From a virus (lineage: Duplodnaviria; Caudoviricetes), in the IMG/VR virus record IMGVR_UViG_3300027804_000038, positions 229,851-293,850 of that record: DNA of 64,000 nt, one strand, 5' to 3'. How positions within the stretch are numbered: the stretch's first letter is position 1; the number at the start of each line of letters is the position of its first letter. The notes beneath the pieces were generated by a model. The model did not search any database and was not told where the DNA came from. It worked only from the letters and a program-made list of their open reading frames with translations. Positions 8,359-17,231 of the stretch are shown piece by piece. The position numbers and the translations under genes were made by a program.

Positions 8359-8436
8359 GGTGTCTATAGTGTTAGCGGTCTAGCACGAAGGGTTGTGGTT
8401 CCTTTAGCACCAGTTCGAATCTGGTTAGACACACCA
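8359..8436 (+). tRNA. tRNA-His(GTG), G-1, CCA encoded
   Basis: AAGGG-TTGTGGT-TCCTT. Confidence 0.88.
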
Positions 8437-8440
8437 TTAT

Positions 8441-8528
8441 GGAGAGTGAGAGAGGGAAATGGTTTCCCCGACTGTCTGCTAAACAGTAACCCATTAAGTT
8501 GGGTGTGGTTCGATTCCACCATTCTCCG
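8441..8528 (+). tRNA. tRNA-Ser(GCT)
   Basis: ACTGT-CTGCTAA-ACAGT, long V arm. Confidence 0.85.
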
Positions 8529-8533
8529 CTTTT

Positions 8534-8606
8534 ACCCTTATAGTTTAATGGATTAGAATATATCACTACGGATGATATGGTGGGAGTTCGAATCTCTCTG
8601 AGGGTA
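8534..8606 (+). tRNA. tRNA-Arg(ACG)
   Basis: TATCA-CTACGGA-TGATA. Confidence 0.9.
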
Positions 8607-8671
8607 CTTAATTTAACATTTGTTTAACTTTTAAACTGTTTACATTAATCTATTTATATGTAAACAAACTC

Positions 8672-9226
8672 ATGAAAAAGTTAATATTTTTATTTCTAAC
8701 ATTAATTCCGTTTTTATCTTTCTCACAATTGACAACATCAAATCCTGATACGGTATGTATAGGAGATAATTCATCAATATATCAAGTTACAGATATACCA
8801 GGATATACTTATACATGGAATGTATCGTCTCCTGGAGTTCTAACTTCAGGACAAGGTAGTAATCAAATAACTGTTGATTGGTCATCAGCACCTGGAGGTA
8901 TTATATCGAACGGAGTTAGTGTGTACGCAACAACTCCTGAAGGATGTGAAGGTCCCCCAATCCTAATCGATGTTTTTATTCTTGAAATAATTCCAGTAAT
9001 TACACCATTAATTTTTTGTGAAGGTGACCCATGTGAAGATTTAGTTGCAACACCAGTTGGAGGTATTTTTACAGGACCAAATATTGTAAACGGACAGTAT
9101 TGTCCAATAACTGATGGAGTAGAAACGGTAACATATACCATAACAGAAGCGGGATGTATATTTACAGCAACTGCTGATATGACGGTATACCCTATTCCTG
9201 TTTTAGATAATATTTCACATGATTAA
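8672..9226 (+). CDS. Secreted Ig/PKD-like protein
   Basis: Signal peptide, YTYTWNVS..GQGSNQITVDW, ends ISHD. Confidence 0.65.
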   Translation: MKKLIFLFLTLIPFLSFSQLTTSNPDTVCIGDNSSIYQVTDIPGYTYTWNVSSPGVLTSGQGSNQITVDWSSAPGGIISNGVSVYATTPEGCEGPPILIDVFILEIIPVITPLIFCEGDPCEDLVATPVGGIFTGPNIVNGQYCPITDGVETVTYTITEAGCIFTATADMTVYPIPVLDNISHD

Positions 9227-9801
9227 TGAAATTTGTAAAAACAATATTTTTATTTTTATTAATCATGACTGTATTTTCACAGTCTAATCAAAAATTAGAT
9301 ATTTGTGTTGAAGACTCAAGACATGAATATACGTATAGTGTTAATTCTGATACTCCGAATACTATATTTTATTGGTATGTTGATGGGGTATATCATTTCG
9401 GTCAAACACTAACAATAGATTGGTCAACGTACCAACCTGGAGAACACACTATAACCGTTTACGGAATCTCAAATGATTGTTCTTCACTACCTGTTACATA
9501 TAAAGTTTTTATAGACGAATGTTCAAGTATATACATACCTAATGCTTTTACACCTAATGATGATGGTATTAACGATGGTTGGTATCCTATTGGTGTTGGT
9601 TGGGAATGGATTGAAGTTCTAATTTTTGATAGATGGGGTATTTTAGTTTTTTCATCCACAAAAATAAAAGATTCTTGGATTGGTAATTTTAGAAATGGAG
9701 GGTATTATGTTCAAAATGACGTTTATGAGTATAAAGTTACTTGGAAAGGTGTTAACAAAGAACCTGAAATAATATTTGGCCATGTTACATTAATACGATA
9801 A
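9226..9801 (+). CDS. Gliding-motility-associated C-terminal (CHU_C, T9SS type B) domain protein
   Basis: IYIPNAFTPNDDGINDGW, IFDRWG, GHVTLIR. Confidence 0.88.
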   Translation: MKFVKTIFLFLLIMTVFSQSNQKLDICVEDSRHEYTYSVNSDTPNTIFYWYVDGVYHFGQTLTIDWSTYQPGEHTITVYGISNDCSSLPVTYKVFIDECSSIYIPNAFTPNDDGINDGWYPIGVGWEWIEVLIFDRWGILVFSSTKIKDSWIGNFRNGGYYVQNDVYEYKVTWKGVNKEPEIIFGHVTLIR

Positions 9802-9868
9802 AGAATGTTATTATTAGTTATTTGGTAATTATATAAATTTTACATATCTTTGTTAAAATTTATTTATT

Positions 9869-10078
9869 ATGTCTGCAAACGGAAATAATTGGTATGATGT
9901 TATGTTGTGGGTTGAAAATGTCATTAAATCTTGCGAAACTCCACTACAAGAAATTAGTGCCAAAAAACTAGTTAAACTATACCTTAAAAAATATAAATAC
10001 GAATTCAAAGAGTTGGATTTAAGCATTTATTATCGGCTTATGTCAAGATTGGACCAAATTCATTATTCAAAAAAATAA
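9869..10078 (+). CDS. Hypothetical protein
   Basis: ORF after a TAnnTTTG promoter. Confidence 0.55.
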   Translation: MSANGNNWYDVMLWVENVIKSCETPLQEISAKKLVKLYLKKYKYEFKELDLSIYYRLMSRLDQIHYSKK

Positions 10079-10397
10079 TATGTCCTGTTGTAAAGAATGT
10101 CCTTGGAAGGTGGAGAATAACCACAACCAAAAATTAAGAGAGTTCGTTAATAGAACTGGTAGGAAACATACCTGTCATATGGTTAATCCAAAACTTTGGG
10201 ACACTTCCAATGATAAACAAATCTGCAAAGGAATTTATGAAGAAAATTAATATTTACCCCGACAAAGTTATTAAGGTTAAACCCAAAATGATTAAAGAAG
10301 GAATTAACTTAAATCCTTTTACAAAAATTTATTGGTTCTTTTGGTGGGTGCGGAATTACCCTGAAATAGTTTGGTTGAAATTCAAATCATACTTTAA

Positions 10398-10784
10398 ATG
10401 AAGAAAGAATTAAGGGAGAGGGTATTCCACAAATGTAATGGACATTGTGCTTATTGTGGAAAGGAGATAACCTACAAGGAAACGCAGGTTGACCACATTG
10501 AACCCAAATGGCATACCTTCACCGAACAGGAAGCGGATAAACATAAGATTATTAAAGGTTCAGATGACTTTAAAAATCTAAATCCATCTTGCCCAAGGTG
10601 TAATAAATGGAAATCAACTTATTCACTGGAACATTTCCGTAAGGTGGTTCGAACATCACTTGTCAGATTGGAAAGGGATACTCCAAATTATAGGTTGGCA
10701 AAAGATTATGGATTGATTGTTGAAAATGATTCACCGATTGTTTTTTACTTTGAGAAAAATAATATATCTTTGTCTTATGAATGA
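10398..10784 (+). CDS. HNH endonuclease
   Basis: CAYCG, QVDHIEP, NLNPSCPRCNKWKS. Confidence 0.9.
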   Translation: MKKELRERVFHKCNGHCAYCGKEITYKETQVDHIEPKWHTFTEQEADKHKIIKGSDDFKNLNPSCPRCNKWKSTYSLEHFRKVVRTSLVRLERDTPNYRLAKDYGLIVENDSPIVFYFEKNNISLSYE

Positions 10785-11322
10785 TAATGATAAAATTAAC
10801 TGGGTATTAGACCAACACAAAAATACAAACCATTTTTACGACACATACTTACCGTATGAGTTCCATTTGAGAATGGTTGTTAATGTTGCTGACAAATTTA
10901 TGAATCTGTTGGTACCTAAGAACAAATTACATCCTGGTTATCCTGATGTAATTAATATTAGACGAGCGGCTTGGGGACACGACTTGATTGAGGACACTCG
11001 TGTATCTTACAACGATGTTAAAGAACGATTAGGTATAACCGCAGCTGACATCATCTATGCTCTTACCAATGAGAAAGGTAAGAACCGTAAGGAAAGAGCT
11101 AATGCTAATTACTATATGGGTATCAGAAATACTCACGGAGCAGTGTTTGTTAAGTTGTGTGACCGTATTGCTAATGTTCAATACTCAAAAATGACAGGTA
11201 GTCGTATGTTTGAGATGTATAAAAAAGAAAACGAAAATTTTGAACAAATGCTTGGCCGTCACACTGATTACAAACATTTAGAAGAAATGTTTAGTTATTT
11301 AGAAAACCTTTTTAATGATTAA
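10777..11322 (+). CDS. HD-domain hydrolase, small-alarmone-hydrolase/Mesh1-like
   Basis: PYEFHL, WGHDLIEDT, VKLCDRIANV. Confidence 0.75.
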   Translation: MNDNDKINWVLDQHKNTNHFYDTYLPYEFHLRMVVNVADKFMNLLVPKNKLHPGYPDVINIRRAAWGHDLIEDTRVSYNDVKERLGITAADIIYALTNEKGKNRKERANANYYMGIRNTHGAVFVKLCDRIANVQYSKMTGSRMFEMYKKENENFEQMLGRHTDYKHLEEMFSYLENLFND

Positions 11323-11536
11323 TAATATGATGAATAGTTTATTTGGCGGGGAAGCATTTTACCTTATGGGTATGAGTGAACTTTACAATTTTGAAAAACA
11401 ACAAGAGGATTGGAAAGAACGAATTAAAAAAGAATTCCGAGAGTCTTGTAATCTACCAAGAAAAAAGAAAAAACGAGTTAGAAAAAATCTACAACTTGAG
11501 TGGAGTATTGCTAACTGGAATCCGTTTAAATTTTAA
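11315..11536 (+). CDS. Hypothetical protein
   Basis: Basic 73-aa ORF, translationally coupled. Confidence 0.5.
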   Translation: MINNMMNSLFGGEAFYLMGMSELYNFEKQQEDWKERIKKEFRESCNLPRKKKKRVRKNLQLEWSIANWNPFKF

Positions 11537-11589
11537 CTTGTATATTCAAAAAATTAATACTACATTTGTCAAACATTTAAAAAAAAATA

Positions 11590-11844
11590 ATGGAAACTAA
11601 ACAACTAATAAAACTCTCCGCCATTGCATTTATGATGGTTGGAGTATTGATACTAACCGTGCCCCTAACCACGCAAATATTCACACTGATGAATACATCC
11701 AATACAGTTTTAAATTTTATTGGAGTTTTTATTTACCTAATTACGTGGTTTGTAGTGGTAATTACAGAGTACAGTTTATATAAGGAACTCAAAAAAAATC
11801 TTGGTACCGATGAATCAACCAAGGACGAAGAAACAAAACAATAA
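11590..11844 (+). CDS. Two-TM membrane protein upstream of SPFH gene
   Basis: Two hydrophobic segments. Confidence 0.6.
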   Translation: METKQLIKLSAIAFMMVGVLILTVPLTTQIFTLMNTSNTVLNFIGVFIYLITWFVVVITEYSLYKELKKNLGTDESTKDEETKQ

Positions 11845-11883
11845 AATAAATAATCAAATCAATAATTAATAAAAACAAAAAAA

Positions 11884-12720
11884 ATGAACATTTTTAAACT
11901 TGTGGTGGGAGTAATCCTTGGGATTGTGGTAATGTCAGTAATGTTTGCATCTTGTGAACGAATTGATGCGGGACACGTAGGTGTTAAAGTGAATATGTAT
12001 GGTGATGGTAAGGGTGTTGATGACATCACTGAAGTAACAGGTTGGGTATTTTATAACCCTATCGGAGCTAAGATTGTAGAGTTTCCTACCTTTATGCAAC
12101 ACAAAGAATACACAGGTGAGGAATCATTTGTTGTAAACTCTAAAGATGGTTCTGAATTCCATGTATCACCTTTGATTAACTATTCGGTCCAACGGGAAAA
12201 GGTACCTTACATCTATTCAAAGTATCGTGTCTCACTTGAGCAGATTCAATCAGGGTTTCTTAAAACTGCAGTATATGACGCATTTCGTTTGACCGCAAAT
12301 GCTTATACCGCCGAAGAACTCATATCTAATCGTGAAAAGTTTGAGGTTAAAGTAAGAGCTCAACTTGATTCAACACTTATTAGTGAAGGTTTCATGATTT
12401 CTCAAATGACATCAAATTTAGTTTATCCTGAGACGTTCAAAAACGCAATTGAGGCCAAGAATAATGCTGTTCAATCAGCACTTATGGCAGAAAATAAGGT
12501 TAAACAAGCCGAGGCTGAAGCTAAAATTAAAATCGCAACCGCTGAAGGTAACGCTCAAGCAATGTTGACATCGGCAAAAGCTGAAGCCGAATCTAACCGA
12601 TTGAGACAACAAACTTTAACTCCTCTTCTTCTACAACAAATGTGGATTGAGAAATGGGATGGAGCAGTTCCACAAACACAACTTGGTCAAGGTGCCAACG
12701 TTATGTACGGACTGAAATAA
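11884..12720 (+). CDS. SPFH/Band 7 (prohibitin) protein
   Basis: N-terminal TM, ERIDAGHVGV, coiled-coil AEAEAK, WIEKWDG. Confidence 0.9.
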   Translation: MNIFKLVVGVILGIVVMSVMFASCERIDAGHVGVKVNMYGDGKGVDDITEVTGWVFYNPIGAKIVEFPTFMQHKEYTGEESFVVNSKDGSEFHVSPLINYSVQREKVPYIYSKYRVSLEQIQSGFLKTAVYDAFRLTANAYTAEELISNREKFEVKVRAQLDSTLISEGFMISQMTSNLVYPETFKNAIEAKNNAVQSALMAENKVKQAEAEAKIKIATAEGNAQAMLTSAKAEAESNRLRQQTLTPLLLQQMWIEKWDGAVPQTQLGQGANVMYGLK

Positions 12721-12770
12721 TCAAAAAAATAAATTTGGTGGAGTGAAAACTCCACCTTATTTTTGCTTAT

Positions 12771-13091
12771 ATGAAACAGATATTCCATTCGTTATTTCCA
12801 ATGTTCAGAGTTTTCAATAAGAAAACTTTGTCTTTGTTAACACCACTGATTGATAGATTAGGTTTGTCATTAAAACTATATTCACTAACACTGGTAATTC
12901 CTATTTCGGTTAGTATTATTAATATCTTGTTTTGCGGTATTTTAGGGGTTGAATCCATCCACGGATTTTGGGGTAATTTTTACCATATTTGGATTGGATT
13001 TTATTTTACAGGTACATTCCTTGGCATAATTGCGTGGAAATGGCAACTTTTTTTGTTTTTATTTAGTTTTTTATTTACTTTTACAGAATGA
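12771..13091 (+). CDS. Hypothetical membrane protein
   Basis: Hydrophobic ORF. Confidence 0.4.
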   Translation: MKQIFHSLFPMFRVFNKKTLSLLTPLIDRLGLSLKLYSLTLVIPISVSIINILFCGILGVESIHGFWGNFYHIWIGFYFTGTFLGIIAWKWQLFLFLFSFLFTFTE

Positions 13092-13270
13092 AAGAACAAA
13101 TCATATACTGTGAAAGATGTGGTGAAAAACTTAACCCATCAAAAGCAGTATGGCTTGAGTTATCAATGACCGATGGAAAATACTATAACCAAATTCCTGA
13201 TGGTCACGATAGTCAAGGAGCGTTCAGTTTCGGTAAAGCATGTGCTAAATCACAATTAAAATATAAATAA
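13088..13270 (+). CDS. Small Cys-containing hypothetical protein
   Basis: CERC...FGKACAK. Confidence 0.6.
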   Translation: MKEQIIYCERCGEKLNPSKAVWLELSMTDGKYYNQIPDGHDSQGAFSFGKACAKSQLKYK

Positions 13271-13343
13271 TATTTGACAATCTATAGTTTAATGTATATG
13301 ATTGTCTTCCAATAAACAATAAATAATAAAAGACGTAGTAACT

Positions 13344-14969
13344 ATGGCTAAATTCAGAAACACAGGATTAAAAGAGAAGTTGGACTCTACAAAACCAAAG
13401 AAAAATCTCGTCGCAAAAATGTCGGTTCCTAAACCAAACACAACTAACCTACAAGGTTATGAAGCTTATGATATCGATAATTGGCTACGACTAATCTCAC
13501 TGTTAAACACATCAAAACTTCAACCACAATTTTATCGTTCAGAGAATGATACAATGCGTGAACTGAAGAAATTAATTGATGTATGTGGTAAAGAAGACCC
13601 ATACTTCGCGGCACAGTGTATTGTATACTCTCGTTGTGTCGGAGAAGGTATGCGTTCAATCAACCACTTGGCGGCCGTTTACTTGGCACCATATATGAGT
13701 GGTAAAGAATGGTCAAAACGTTTCTTCTCCGTATGGGATAAGAAAAACCAAAAAGGTGGAACGATTTTCCGTCCTGATGATATGGCAGAAATCGTTGCGG
13801 CATATACTGCGATGAATGATAAGAGTATCACAAACGCAATGAAAAAAGGTTTCCGTGAAGCACTTGAAAAAATGGATGCTTATAGTCTGTTAAAGTACAA
13901 ATCGGCAGTACTTGACATGATTAATTTGGTACATCCAGACCCAAATGAATCAAAAGCTCTTGTTGATTACATGGATAAAAAAGTACCAGCGTTCGAAGCA
14001 ATCATTAAAGGGTATAATGTATCTGCGGATACTTGGGAAGTTGCACAATCTGACGCAGGTCAAATTGTTGCACAAGCGGTTCGTGAAGGTAAACTCTCAG
14101 AATCAGAAGCTAAAGAAGTATTAACTGAACAAAAGTCAGAAAACTGGAAAGGGTTATTGACTGAAGGTAAGTTGGGTATTTTGGCCGCTATTCGAAATAT
14201 GAGAAACATTCTTACCAACAAACCTGAGGCGAAAACAATTGACACTCTGTGTGATTTGGTTTCAAATCCTGAATTGATTAAAAAAGGTAAGATTATGCCA
14301 TACCAACTTGACTTGGCAAATGAAGTAATGAACTCTGAGTTTAGTGATACTAACTCAAGAAAGTTGTCAAAAGCTTTATTGACAGGTTATGAGTTGGCGG
14401 TTCCGAACCTTAAAGAACTACTTACAGGTAACAACCTTGTAATCATTGATATGTCAGGTTCTATGGACACTGAAGTACTTGACCCTAACAGAAAAACAAA
14501 TTACAAGAGTACTTGTATGGATAAAGCAAGTCTAATCGGAATGACAATTGCTAAGGCGACAAATGCAGATGTTATCCGTTTCGGTTCAAGTGCTGAGTAT
14601 ATTACTTATAACCCTAACCAAGATGTGTTCAGTTTGGCAAAATCTATCCGTAAAGGAATGGGTGGTACAAACTTGTCACAAGCTTGGGCGAAGGCTCAAA
14701 GTTCAGGTAGAAAATACGACCGTGTTTTTATCTTGTCTGACAATGAGTGTAACATGGGTTCAACATACCGTAATTATACAAGTTATGTTGAAAAGGTTGG
14801 TGACCCATACGTATATTCAATTGACCTAGCATCTTACGGAACTACCGCAATTGCAGGACCTAAAGTAAGATACTACTACGGTTATGGATACTCAATGTTT
14901 GATGATATCGCTAAGAGTGAGTTCAACCCAAACTATCATATTGAAAAAATCCGTAAGATTGAAATTTAA
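13344..14969 (+). CDS. rsr: Ro60/Rsr ribonucleoprotein (TROVE plus vWA)
   Basis: 541 aa; TROVE-type N-terminus (LNTSKLQPQFY, G-M-R-S), vWA IDMSGSM, GGTNLS, VFILSDNE, YSIDLASYG. Confidence 0.85.
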   Translation: MAKFRNTGLKEKLDSTKPKKNLVAKMSVPKPNTTNLQGYEAYDIDNWLRLISLLNTSKLQPQFYRSENDTMRELKKLIDVCGKEDPYFAAQCIVYSRCVGEGMRSINHLAAVYLAPYMSGKEWSKRFFSVWDKKNQKGGTIFRPDDMAEIVAAYTAMNDKSITNAMKKGFREALEKMDAYSLLKYKSAVLDMINLVHPDPNESKALVDYMDKKVPAFEAIIKGYNVSADTWEVAQSDAGQIVAQAVREGKLSESEAKEVLTEQKSENWKGLLTEGKLGILAAIRNMRNILTNKPEAKTIDTLCDLVSNPELIKKGKIMPYQLDLANEVMNSEFSDTNSRKLSKALLTGYELAVPNLKELLTGNNLVIIDMSGSMDTEVLDPNRKTNYKSTCMDKASLIGMTIAKATNADVIRFGSSAEYITYNPNQDVFSLAKSIRKGMGGTNLSQAWAKAQSSGRKYDRVFILSDNECNMGSTYRNYTSYVEKVGDPYVYSIDLASYGTTAIAGPKVRYYYGYGYSMFDDIAKSEFNPNYHIEKIRKIEI

Positions 14970-14971
14970 TA

Positions 14972-14997
14972 AATTGGGAGGATAGCTCCTCCCAATT
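14972..14997 (+). terminator. Hairpin after Ro60 (terminator or processing site)
   Basis: AATTGGGAGGA-TAGC-TCCTCCCAATT. Confidence 0.6.
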
Positions 14998-15004
14998 ATT
15001 TAAC

Positions 15005-15153
15005 ACTCAGGTGGCGAAAGTGAGAACATTCTAGATAATGACTCCTGGTAGACGTAACATATGGTTATAGCAATGTGGGTTAAAAATCATCTGAACAAGA
15101 TGTGGTCACTATAATGGCAGCCCGTGGAGGTTCGAATCCTTCCCTGAGTACCA
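15005..15153 (+). ncRNA. 149-nt expanded tRNA mimic next to Ro60
   Basis: ACTCAGG/CCTGAGT-A-CCA, GGAGG-TTCGAAT-CCTTC, split D arm GGCGAAAG...GGTAGACG. Confidence 0.7.
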
Positions 15154-15305
15154 ATCGTTACTATTAAGTAACAACCCAACCAAGGGCAATGCGGGTTCAT
15201 ACCTGCGGAGCAAGGTGACGACCAGGAAAGACTGGTATATTTATGATTATGTATAATTTTATAAAAATAGATATTTTAATAATATTTATTATTATAACAA
15301 TTATT

Positions 15306-16097
15306 ATGGGTAAAAGATTTGTCATTACTGAAGAAGAAAGAAAAGAAATAAAAAAACAACACGGTATTGCAGAAGATTGGTGGGACGATACTGTTGAATT
15401 TCTTAAAGACACAGGTGAAAAAATAGGAGATTTTGTCTCTGATATTTTTACTGATAGTGATGAAGAGGAGAGTAAAGATGCAGAAGACCTTAAATCATCA
15501 GATTTTTCTTCAGAAGAGAAAAAAGAAATTGAGAAAAAATTAGAAGATACTAAGAAAGAATTATCTTCAAAAATAACAGACTCAAGTTTAAAAGGATTTA
15601 ACTTTGATAAGATACCTGATGGTAAAAATAACTACAGGTCGGCTCAAATAACTGCTGATTTGATTCCATTGGTTATTAAAAAGTATGGTATTAAGAGAAT
15701 TATAAGATTTAATGGTGATGACGGAGACGCTAAACATGCGGGTAAACAAGGTCCGAGCATTAGTGAAGAAAAACGTATTTGTGAGAGTAATGGATGTGAA
15801 TTTTATAAATTATCATCAACTAGAAACCAAGATAAAGTTAATTCTTTATTAAAACAAGGTAATACTCTAATACATTGTGCTCACGGTGCGGATAGAACAG
15901 GTGGTAATGTTGGTGGTTATCTATATGATATAGGATGGGGAGACACAAAAAAAATATGGGATTATACCACAAAATACAATTCATGGGAAAATATGGTAAT
16001 TAATAACCCATCTAAGTTTACAAATGGAGGTTATTTAAATCAAGCCAAAAAGTTTGGGGTCAAAGATATAGAACAAGCTAAAAAATTAAGTAAATAA
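15306..16097 (+). CDS. Tyrosine/dual-specificity phosphatase with acidic N-terminal leader
   Basis: YRSAQ, LIHCAHGADRTG active-site motif. Confidence 0.8.
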   Translation: MGKRFVITEEERKEIKKQHGIAEDWWDDTVEFLKDTGEKIGDFVSDIFTDSDEEESKDAEDLKSSDFSSEEKKEIEKKLEDTKKELSSKITDSSLKGFNFDKIPDGKNNYRSAQITADLIPLVIKKYGIKRIIRFNGDDGDAKHAGKQGPSISEEKRICESNGCEFYKLSSTRNQDKVNSLLKQGNTLIHCAHGADRTGGNVGGYLYDIGWGDTKKIWDYTTKYNSWENMVINNPSKFTNGGYLNQAKKFGVKDIEQAKKLSK

Positions 16098-16134
16098 ATT
16101 TTGTATCATAGTTATTTTACCATATCTTTGTGGT

Positions 16135-16617
16135 ATGAATAACGAAATCAAATACAAACCAACAAAAGAGGCGATTATTGGATATAGTGATTCTAAAATT
16201 GCCCAAAGCGAAACAAACGATTGTGTTGTTAGAGCAATTGCGTCGGCTTTTGAAATGCATTATGATGAGGCACACGACTTTGTTGCAAGTAATTGGTTTC
16301 GTAGAAATCGTGAGGGAACAAGAAACTTCATTGGAGGTATGCGTAGTATGGTCGACAAAGGAGTTTTAATTAACGGTAAATCATTTTCCAATTTGGGTGA
16401 CCAACATGGTCATATGAAATATGACGTTAAAGTTAAAGGTCAAATTGTTAAACGTAATATGACCACAGGAACTTTTATCAAAAAATTCCCAAAAGGTCGA
16501 TACGTTGTGGTTGTTCGTGGACATGCTTTCTCAATCATTGACGGAGTTGTTGTTGGTAATACAGGTGATGCTAAAATGAAGAAGCGTGTTATTTTGTATT
16601 CTTGGAGAGTTTTATAA
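16135..16617 (+). CDS. Conserved phage hypothetical protein
   Basis: NDCVVRAIA, VVRGHAFSIIDG. Confidence 0.65.
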   Translation: MNNEIKYKPTKEAIIGYSDSKIAQSETNDCVVRAIASAFEMHYDEAHDFVASNWFRRNREGTRNFIGGMRSMVDKGVLINGKSFSNLGDQHGHMKYDVKVKGQIVKRNMTTGTFIKKFPKGRYVVVVRGHAFSIIDGVVVGNTGDAKMKKRVILYSWRVL

Positions 16618-16714
16618 TAAAAATAAGATTTTACTTGACAAGAGTATATTTATAACTTACCTTTGTCAAACAATTCAGTAAAGACTGAAACGTTCTTTGA
16701 AAAATTAAAAAAAT

Positions 16715-16853
16715 TGACGTAGTAAGAATAGAGTTACTTCGCATATTGGTTCGAATCCAATATTTGCCGCAATTTTGGCAGATTAGACAAATGGATAAGT
16801 CGACGGTCTCATAAACTGTTATAGAAAAACAACCTCTACTCGTTTTCTCGTCA
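16715..16853 (+). ncRNA. Carrier RNA 1 enclosing a circularly permuted tRNA(CAT)
   Basis: Order is T arm, 3' acceptor, linker, 5' acceptor, D arm, anticodon arm, inside TGACG/CGTCA and TAGAG/CTCTA stems. Confidence 0.85.
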
Positions 16854-16860
16854 TAAAATA

Positions 16861-16994
16861 TTGATTGATAGTAATAGATAAGGTTACTTCGTAAAATAGC
16901 TCAATTGGATGAGCATTTGTATCAGGAACAAAAGGATACGGGTTCAACTCCCGTTTTTACAACCAAAAAAACCTTCCTAACTTTCTTCAATCAA
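16861..16994 (+). ncRNA. Carrier RNA 2 enclosing an unpermuted tRNA(CAG) with CCA
   Basis: TTGATTGA/TCAATCAA and AAGGTT/AACCTT stems; cloverleaf 16890-16965. Confidence 0.82.
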
Positions 16995-17001
16995 ACTTAT
17001 T

Positions 17002-17133
17002 ATCAGATAGTGAAGAGACAGTTACTTCAAATTTTTCTGGAACAAAAAAGGCTCGGGTTCGAATCCCGACTCCTCTTCGGGGGATGTGGTGTAGCGGTAG
17101 CACTAGATAACACTGTTTCTATTTTCTTCTGAT
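17002..17133 (+). ncRNA. Carrier RNA 3 enclosing a permuted tRNA(GGA) with UUCG-capped acceptor stem (YrlA-like topology)
   Basis: ATCAGA/TCTGAT and AGAGACAG/CTGTTTCT stems; order is anticodon arm, T arm, closed acceptor, D arm. Confidence 0.82.
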
Positions 17134-17138
17134 TAAAC

Positions 17139-17222
17139 GCCGAGGTGATGAAAAGGTAGACATGACAGACTTAAAATCTGTTGGGCAGTTCGCCCGTGCG
17201 GGTTCGAATCCCGCCCTCGGTA
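17139..17222 (+). tRNA. tRNA-Leu(TAA)
   Basis: ACAGA-CTTAAAA-TCTGT, long V arm. Confidence 0.92.
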
Positions 17223-17231
17223 CTAAAACAA

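Noticed and set aside
8338-8566. ORFs 8338-8556 and 8372-8566
   Set aside because: Overlap tRNA-His/Ser/Arg; no protein features
16905-17132. 75-aa ORF across carriers 2 and 3
   Set aside because: Explained by the RNA structures; no sign of a real protein
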